Positions 1-7,894 of a DNA stretch of 20,000 bases are shown here, one piece after another. Numbering within the stretch: position 1 is the stretch's first letter; the number at the start of each line of letters is the position of its first letter. The DNA comes from Chiloscyllium plagiosum (lineage: Eukaryota). Location: assembly GCF_004010195.1 (NCBI RefSeq), contig NC_057718.1, positions 42,053,923 through 42,073,922 of the forward strand, given 5' to 3'. The position numbers and the translations under genes were made by a program. The notes under the pieces are model-generated. The model saw only the letters and a list, made by a program, of their open reading frames with translations. It ran no database searches and had not been told where the DNA came from.

Positions 1-1314
1 ACCTTTTGTCATCAAAGGGTTTCTGAAAATTCAAATACACCATGCATACTGCCTCTCCAGTATTGATTCTGCTAATAACTTGCTCAGAAAACTCTGTCAG
101 GTTTTCTAAAAATGTTTTACCCTTCAAAAATTCATATTGATTCTGTATAATCAATTATTTTCCAAATATCCAGTAATGGCATCCTTCAGAATAGATTCCA
201 GTACTTCCCCAACTACTGACATCAAGTTAGGTGTCTGTTGTTCCCTATTTTGTCTCTCCCTTCTTTCTTAAACAGTGTGGTTACAGCACATATTTGATGG
301 ACTGAAGAGCCTTTTCCTGTGCTGTGGACCTCTAAGACTCTGACTATGACAATGCATCCACTATTTCTGTAGATGTGTCGTTCATCACTCAAGGGTGAAG
401 TCATCATGTCACAGAGATTTGTGAATTTTCACTCCCATTATTTTCTTCAATTCTGTTCTTCTACTAAATTATTTTAGTCCCTCACTCTCACAAAACCGTT
501 GGACTTTAATTATTTCAGAGAGATTTCTTGTATCTTCCTTAGTAAAAACAGATACAAAGTACTCATTTAGCTTCTCTGTCAATTCTTTTTGCAAATTCTG
601 CTATCTTTGCCTGTAATATGCTTGCATTTGTTAACCTTTGCCTTTTTACAAATTTATAGAAGCCTTTGCAATCCTTTTCTATGTTACTTGCTATTTTATG
701 TTCATATTCTATTCCCTCTGTCTTTTCTAATTTCTTTGGCTTCCTTTGTTGAATTCTATATTTTTCCCAGTCCTCAGGCTTACATTTTTTTCGCAACTTT
801 ATAATCCTGCTCCATTGATTAAATTCTTTAACTTCCCTTGTAACTTATGTCTCTCTCACTTTTCCTGCTGGGTATTTTTGTCTTTGGAGAATCAAGTGTT
901 ATTCTTTAAATACTAGCAATTGCATATCTATTATTATCTCTTTTAATGTATTTTTCATACCACATCAGCCAAATTCCTCCTCATACCTTTTTGATTGCCT
1001 TGTTTTGACGTAACATCAATGTTTGAGATTGAGCTGTATCTTTATCTTTATCAAATATAGTAGAAATTTCTATTATACCGTGGTCGCTATTCCCTTAAGG
1101 TTCTTTTACAACTAGATTATTAATTATTCCTTTATCGCTGCATAATACTAGATCTAAAATAACCAGTCCCTGAGTTGGTTCCTCAAAATGTTGGTGCAGA
1201 AAACTATATCAAGCAAATTTCAGGACATCTTTCCCTACAGCATTGGTGCTTATTAGATTTATCCAATCTATATGTAGATTGAAATCACTATGATTACTGT
1301 ATTCCTTTTGCAAC

Positions 1315-1988
1315 TGTTACAACACAGGGTAAACCCAACTACACAGAACAGCGCTATCCCATGCAGTAACTGTGAAACTTCGAGAGGCCAAGAAATAGTT
1401 AAAGTAAAAGTAACAACTTTATTTCTTAAAGTATAACAGAGAATAATTAACTAACATCTATTTACAACTCCTTTTACTCACTTATCTTTTACTTTCCCTT
1501 CTATAATATTAATCCGATAAAACTTCCCATATTAATATTTACCAAAATTTAATTTTTCAAATACCAGCCAGATGTTGAATCATCTTTTTTTCTTTGGGAT
1601 TTCTGCTTCTCAGGTTACTGATCGATAAAGGTACCTTTGAGAGAGCTATTTTTCAGGCAATCTTTTTACATGCTGCTGGCTTGGTAGTTCTCCTCTCAAC
1701 TGTTCACTTTTCCCCAGTCTTATACCCTCAGAGCATTGGATAGTGTCACTGGCTTTTAAGATTGTCAATATACTAAATCCAAACTGAATTAGAGTTTAGT
1801 GTTTGTTTTGGGGTACATTTAAACTGGTTGGCCTAATTCAAATCTGTTTTGTCTCCAGGCAACTAACTACCTTAGCTACCCCAGTAGCTGGAGTACATGC
1901 TACATTGTGTCTTATTGAGAACACTTGGTACTGTCACTGCTAGCTTTTAACTCTCTTAAAGGTACAGTGCACCCACATCTTCATAACA
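1315..1988 (-). mobile_element. Solo LTR (~674 bp), probably Gypsy-type, inserted in the CR1 endonuclease region
   Basis: Termini TGTTA(1315)...TAACA(1988) are inverted repeats. The CR1 reading resumes across it (KEIRGAC | ..NTVI.DFNLHIDW). Minus-strand TATAA at 1720-1724 and AATAAA at 1418-1423 are in LTR order. Flanks CAAC/GTAC are at best a decayed 4-bp TSD. Confidence 0.75.
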
Positions 1989-2112
1989 GTACATGCACCT
2001 CTAATTTCCTTACTTTTGTCATAGACAGCATTAGATTTACTGTTTGATGACATACAAACCGCTCCTACCAATGTTTGCTCTAGTTGCTGTTTCTTAAGCG
2101 GCATGGTGGTCC

Positions 2113-2472
2113 GGGGGCAGCATGGTGGCTCAGTGGTTAGCACTGCTGCCTTACAGTGCCAGGGACCTGAGTTCGATTCCAGCCTTAGGAGACTATCTGT
2201 GCGAAGTTTGCACATTCTCCCTGTGTCTGTGTGGATTTCATGCAGGTGCTCCGGTTTCCTCCCACAGTCCAAAAATGTGCACGTTAGTGAGTTGGCCATG
2301 CTGAATTGCCCATAGTGTTTAGGGATGTGTAGATTAGGTGCATTTGTCCTGGGAAATATAGAGTAATAGGATAAGGGAAAGGGTCTGGTTGGTATACTCT
2401 TCGGAAGCTTAGTGTGGACTTGTTGGGACAAATGGCCTGTTTCCACACTGTAGAGATTGTATGATTTATGAT
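2113..2472 (+). mobile_element. tRNA-derived V-SINE (HE1-like)
   Basis: A box TGGCTCAGTGG 2126-2136; B box GTTCGATTCC 2171-2180; V-domain core (GTTTGCACATTCTCCC...GCTCCGGTTTCCTCCCACAGTCCAAA); CR1-like 3' end with (TATGA)-type tail; TTAA on both flanks, splitting the CR1 codons WMEL|KK. Confidence 0.9.
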
Positions 2473-2846
2473 TAATTCCATCCACATTGAATATGTATCC
2501 TGTTCTTCCAACTGGCGTCCCTGTCTCACTGATACATTACCCTGTCCCTGTTACCAGCATACCCCACCTATATTGCCTTGTTGCCTGTTCATCCTATCAA
2601 ATATCAAATACCCTTTAATATTCAGTTCCCAATCTTGGTCACCCTACAGCCATATTTCAACAATGGTAATTAAATCATATCTTTTTACTTCTACTCATGC
2701 CATCTATTTTGTTGTGAATGCTGTATGCAATCAAGTAGAGTGCTATCATTCTGCAGTTTTTACATTATTTTGTAATCTTACTTTTGTTGTTTCTAGAATT
2801 TGCTTCGATCGCTTTCCATTTTCACTTTCACTTTCACCATTTATTG

Positions 2847-3039
2847 TTCTGCTTCTCAGGTTACTGATCGATGAAGGTATCTTTGAGAGAGCTATTTTTC
2901 AGGCAGTTTTTAAAATATGCTGCTAGCTTGGCAGTTCTCCTCTCAACTATTCAATTTCCCCCAGTCTTATACCCCCAAAGCATTGGATAGTGTAATCGGC
3001 TTTTAAGATTGTCAATAAATTAAATCCAAACTGAATTAG
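2847..3039 (-). repeat. Internal fragment of the same LTR family as 1315-1988 (matches 1601-1792)
   Basis: Direct repeat of ~192 bp, about 90% identical by eye, including the TATA region; lacks both LTR termini. Confidence 0.9.
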
Positions 3040-3363
3040 GGGCGGCATGGTAGCTCAGTGGTTAGCACTACTGCCTCACAGCTCGATTCCCACCTTGGGT
3101 GACTGTCTGTGTGGAGTTTGCACATTCTCCCCGTGTCTGCATGGGTTTCCTCTGGGCGCTCCGGTTTCCTTCCACAATCCAAAGATGTGCAGGTCAGGTA
3201 AATTGGCCACACTAAATTGTCCATAGTGTTAGGTGCATTAGTTAGGGTTAAATATAGGGTAGAGGAATGGATCTGGGTGGGTTACTCTTTGGAGGGTCAG
3301 TGTGGACTTGTTGGGCTGAAGGGCTTGTTTCAATACTGTACAGAATCTAATCTAATCTGATCT
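3039..3363 (+). mobile_element. Second tRNA-derived V-SINE (HE1-like), different subfamily tail
   Basis: GGGGCGGCATGGTAGCTCAGTGGTTAGCAC head; a ~15-bp deletion relative to the first SINE clips the B box (CAGC|TCGATTCC); V-domain; (AATCT)n tail at ~3344-3363. Confidence 0.9.
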
Positions 3364-3829
3364 CTTTTTGCTTCCCATAACCAGCTTTGTTTTTATTCCA
3401 TTTGAATTCATGTCCCCACACCTTGACAGGCTAGTTTAATCTCTCCTGACAACACTCACAAATATTTCCATAAAGATGTTACTCCCAGCCCTCCAAAAGT
3501 GTAATCAGTCCTCCTTGCGCTTGAAATCTAAAGTCTTCTTCTGCACCATTTTTCAAGTCACATGTTTATTCACTCAATCTTCCTTTCTCTATTCTCAACA
3601 GCAAGTCACACTGGCGGTAATCCTGAGATTACTTCTTTGAGGTCCTGTATTACAGTCGCTTGCCTGGGTCCCAACATTCTGCTTTCTCATCTCTGTTTCT
3701 ACCTATGTCAGGTGTGCACATGTAGACCATGACCTTGGAGTTTCATGACCTCTAATGCTTTCCACAAGACATGCTGAGGTCCATTGTTTCCCTGGCCCAA
3801 TACAATCTGTCCTCTCTAATTATCATTGC

Positions 3830-4310
3830 TGCTGTTGCTTCAGCTACAGGCTTAGGAGCACTACTCTCTCAGAAGCAAAACAGTCAGATGTCATAAATCA
3901 GTGCACTGTGCCACAAGACATTGTTGGACTCAGTGTGCAGTCATAGAGAAGGTGGCCCTGTTGGTTACATGAGCGAGAGATTTTTAGACTAAATCCTTGG
4001 CCTCTAAGTGTTCATTGTGCCCGTAAACAAGGAGTCTCCCTACTAAATGAGGAAAGGTTGGTAAAGGTACCTCCAGAAATACAGAAATTGTGACTGCCTT
4101 ATGTGATTTCCTCTGAGACGATATATGTACAGGGAAACATTATAAATGTAAGACTTAAGATGTGCTCTCTAGAGCTACAGCCCACTGTCATACTCAGCAT
4201 GATGTGGAGATTGTCCCTGAAGTTGTGTTATATACACAGGCCATGTCAGCGTAATGGTCAGCAAGCCAAAATAGGCTCAAACAAATCTGGCAGGAAAAGC
4301 AGAGCAGACT
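3830..4310 (+). pseudogene. Gypsy/Ty3 pol remnant: RNase H and linker towards integrase
   Basis: Plus-strand fragments ASATGLGALLSQKQ, AVIEKVALLVT*A, VPPEIQKL*L, IYVQG, DVLSRA (4159-4176), SASQNRLKQI. These match the Gypsy RNase H motifs DAS..GLGAVL.Q, YA.IEKEALA..WA, PPRIQR.RL, YVPGK...ADALSR. Confidence 0.75.
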
Positions 4311-4811
4311 CTTAACTTTCGTAACAAGATATAGTTTGTTGTATTTCAGTAACTAAACACAGATAATACTAACAGGCACACTAACTATTACTAAGAAAAG
4401 GTAGAGGTAGAGAAAACACACATGCCTGTATCAGGTGACTGGCAGATTCCAAGTGATACTGTACCAAGAGGCTATGAGATATCATCAGGCTGTACAGAGC
4501 TCAGCATAACTCAAACAGTAATTTTTTTCTGAACCATTCCCTTGTTCAATATCTCCCTTAAGCTTTGTTTCCTTTAGCTAATCTATTACACAATCCCGTG
4601 CATAACTGTATAACATTAACCAATATCCTACTATCCTATGGTTTCTGACTTCACAAATTCAAACAGTGCACAATATTCCCAAATACATGCATTTTAGATT
4701 TAGAAGATTAGCATGCCTTTGCTTTGTAGAGATTGACCTTCCTTGTAGACATTGTTGGTCCATTATCTCACCTGGAGACCCTTTAATTTTATGATTGTCC
4801 ATCATGGAGGA

Positions 4812-5017
4812 CAGAGCTGAAAATGTGTTGCTGGAAAAGCACAGCAGGTCAGGCAGCATCCAAGGAACAGGAGAATCAACGTTTCGGGCATAAGCCCTTC
4901 TTCAGCCCGAAACGTCGATTCTCCTGTTCCTTGGATGCTGCCTGACCTGCTGTGCTTTTCCAGCAACACATTTTCAGCTCTGATCTCCAGCATCTGCAGT
5001 CCTCACTTTCTCCTCCC
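4812..5017. mobile_element. Penelope-like element-derived inverted-repeat (pseudo-LTR) insertion
   Basis: Arms 4812-4889 and 4905-4982 are reverse complements at 77/78 positions with a 15-nt loop, followed by a ~35-bp tail. Flanked by the direct repeat CATGGAGGACA (4803-4813, 5018-5028). Confidence 0.8.
4878..4905 (-). ncRNA. Minimal hammerhead ribozyme core (stem I disrupted)
   Basis: Minus strand reads CUGAAGA-A-GGGC-UUAU-GCCC-GAAAC-GUU: CUGANGA box, 4-bp stem II with tetraloop, GAAA box, palindromic ACGU in place of stem III. Confidence 0.65.
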
Positions 5018-5829
5018 CATGGAGGACAATTGTACAAGTGAAACAGACACTTCCTTTTTTGTCCTATCCCGGATTTATGAAGAGGGAAATCTGTTTCCAA
5101 TTGGAAAAGGTAGTCTCGCTTTTATGGTATCCTGGATTGTTAGAGCAGACAGCTTCTTCTTTGGGATCTTTCCCTGGATATGCCGCTTAACACCCTTGAG
5201 ATGTTAATGATGCTGACATCTTCAGTTACCCTTTGTGATTGTTTGAGTTGTGAAATGGACTTTTCCAAATTCTTTTAAATATTTTACCAAATGGTAGCTC
5301 AGCTGCAACCCTGTCGCTAGCATTGATTGCTTTGTTTTATTAATGTGTTCGGCAGACTGTTACATTATATGGACAACTTCAGTTGAAAGGTGGCAAATGA
5401 ACTTCAGAAAGAATTATTGCTTGAGCTATGCTGAGCTCTGTTCAGTCTGATGATATCTCACAGCCTCTTGGTAGAGTATCAGTTGGAATCTGCCAGTCAC
5501 CTGATACAGACATGTGTGTTTTCTCATTCTTGCTCTCAGTTTTTGATTGCTGTGCCAAACATTGTTGGTGGTTATCATCTGAAAGTCTTTTTGCTGATGA
5601 TAGGAATGGAGCCATTTCCTGGGTGAATCTGTGACTTCCTTGCTGTTAAGGATAAGAGATAATTCTCATAGGTATTTTCATCAGGAGTTTTCTTCTATTG
5701 ATTAAATGGATTTTAGACAATAACATAACTGATTCATATATGTTCGACGATTAGTCTTCAAGGGACTATGACTGGTTGGTCAATTGTTTGTTTCTGAAGG
5801 AGTGAAGCTATTGAAACTAATTCAACTCC

Positions 5830-6800
5830 AGCTGTGACTTTCAGGATGTTGAGGTCAGGGCATGTCTGCAAGCTTAAAAATAAGTGTTAATTATGAGCTA
5901 CATACACATTTTCAACCTTCTTAAGGACATTGGGTTACCAGATTTTCTTGGAGCATACATTTAGCCTTGTTAATTATTCCACCTGCATCATGCAGTTTTA
6001 CTTGTGTGAGCTGGAAATTGTTATTCTTCAGCCATGGTACTTGGTCTGTCAGGACAGCCCTTGTCCCTGTATCAAGTAAGATGGCCACTGACATAAATAG
6101 GTTCTGTCAAACTTGGTTCAGATGGATCATCAATTTCCCTTAAGAATGCCTGAGGTATTCCCTCTAATGAAGGTGCATTTACAAATGAGGAAATTTGATG
6201 TCACAGAGGTGTAGAGAGTGGTTCCACTGTTCTGGAACAGTTTCTGATTTGGGCATGTCCTCTGAAAGTTACATTTTTACAGATTTAACATTCTTCTGTA
6301 ATAGCTGGACATTGTTTTTACTTGTGAGGTGTTCCTGTTCATCAAGGCTGACATTATCACTTCATACATGATGTTTTGTCTTTTGTTTTGGCTTATCAGG
6401 AAGCTGATAAGAGTATTTGTACCTTATAAAGTTGATCATTTTTGTTGCTTTTCCATGCTGAGGTTCTTCTTGGCCTCTCAGGATTTGTCTATGATTTTCC
6501 CTGTCCTCTGCTTCAAGCACAATTTGAATAGTTTTCTCCAAAGTTAGATTTTCTTTAGACTGCAACCAACTTGATCAAATCATTCCAACAATGTGCCTCT
6601 CAGAATACCAATCGCCATATTTACAAGTTCCAAGTAATTTGTCGAGGCATTAGTGGCTGCCTCAGTGCCTTTTTCACTGACAAAATAATGCATTTGTGCT
6701 CTTTTCACAAAATAAACCACATTTTTAAAAAGGTCTCTGAAATGCTTTGCTGTTACTTTTGCAGCAGACTTAACATGTTTCAATTTGTTTCTGATGTCAT
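5830..6800 (-). pseudogene. Gypsy gag-protease remnant (may extend to ~7430)
   Basis: Minus strand: HFRDLFKNVV..KRAQ, CKYGD, HIVG, LQSKENLTLEKTIQI (gag); CPAITEEC*IC (degenerate zinc knuckle ~6250-6315); LDTG aspartic protease motif 6065-6076 followed by VLTDQVPWLK...ENVYV..LS..C.DLNIL. Confidence 0.75.
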
Positions 6801-7894
6801 TGGCTTTAATCTAAATTAGCTATGTTGCTGTTGTAAATTTTTCAGCATTTGTGACTGCAGCAATGCACTTTTTATTTTCCCAGCCTCCCACCTTGGGCTA
6901 TGCATTGTTCAGCTCAGTTTTCTACTCTTTTCCCTAAGGAATTTGACTTACTACTGGAATCCCCACTGTCTGTTCACTCTCTGGTTGAACTTCGACTCAG
7001 GTCCACTCTCTTCTGCCCAAGTGTAACTGTCTACATCTCACACTGGCTACACTGCTTTCATCCCCAGGACTGGCTTCCTTGTAGCCTTGGAGGACATTTT
7101 GCTTATGTTTTCTCCTGTTACAACTCCATGAACCTGTGTTGACTGACATCAGTTTAAAGGCTTTTAACTGCTGATCAAGTTGGTGAGCCTTTCTTAAAAT
7201 GGCAATGCTCCCAAACTGGTGCTCCACTTCTCTGCAAAATGTTTCCTCTTTTTTTTTCCCTTCAGGTTGCTCTGTGTTTTTTTCACTGTTGGCCTCATAT
7301 GGACTTTAAACAAAAGTGCACTCAGCACCAGTATTTGGTATTCAGCAATGATGTACACCACTGATAGCATGAGGTATTCCAGTGTGATACCAAACACTGG
7401 TGGCTTGTGTTTAGGGCAGGAGTACTGTCACCAACCCTCCTTCCTATACAACAGTAAGGGGCTGTGCAGTGGCAGAAGATATATCACAAATATGTCTCAG
7501 GTGAAGGATATATCTCATCTCTGATAAAAGATGTAGTTTATTACATCAGTGTAGTTATACATCATATCAACCATTGCAAGTAAGTAGTAAAAAATACACT
7601 TGTGTCTCAGTAAGGAGAATAAGCAAGGTTCCAGCTGATTTTCTACCCAGAAATTGAGTGATAGCATCATATTGGGGGAGCCTAGATTAGCTGAAACATT
7701 AGCTCTTTCAGAATCATTACCCTACACAACACTACCAGCCTTCCGAGTTCAAACAGAATGCATTCTAATGGAATTGCAAACTCTCCAGACCACTTGAATT
7801 TGTTAAGTCAAAGTCTAGGAGGGAGATGTGTGGTAAATATAATTATAAATGCATAAATGTATGCATACTAATAGTAGGAAAAAAATTGGCACAA

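Larger units (their letters stand above)
1..3820 (-). mobile_element. Old, decayed CR1-clade LINE (ORF1 SGNH remnant ~3430-3820; ORF2 endonuclease to pre-RT region ~1-2745), interrupted by later insertions
   Basis: Minus-strand translations: KPEDWEKYRIQQRK...KIASNIEKDCKGFYKFVKR (563-796); FLHQHFEEPTQGLVILDLVLCSDKGIINNLVVKEP..NSDH and DFNLHIDW (~1080-1290); TLVGAVC...KEIRGAC (~1990-2095); GDQDWELNIKGY (~2610-2645); VISGLPPV..RERKIE..LEKWCRR (~3535-3640). Many stops and frameshifts. Confidence 0.85.

Noticed and set aside
2113..2185. tRNA gene (also at 3039 and 10595-10677)
   Set aside because: A/B boxes are present but continue into SINE/LINE bodies; no complete cloverleaf seen.
1940..2926. 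181-aa and 152-aa ORFs as host genes
   Set aside because: They are chance read-throughs of antisense SINE, CR1 and LTR sequence.
1601..3039. The two LTR-like repeats as paired LTRs of one element
   Set aside because: The second is an internal fragment without termini, and the DNA between them is CR1 and SINE, not gag-pol.
4812..4982. miRNA precursor or MITE
   Set aside because: The asymmetric tail, 11-bp TSD and hammerhead motif fit a Penelope inverted pseudo-LTR better.
7425..7433. Primer-binding site TGGTGACAG (minus) upstream of the Gypsy gag
   Set aside because: The match is short, no adjacent LTR could be delimited, and the gag similarity at 7200-7400 is weak.
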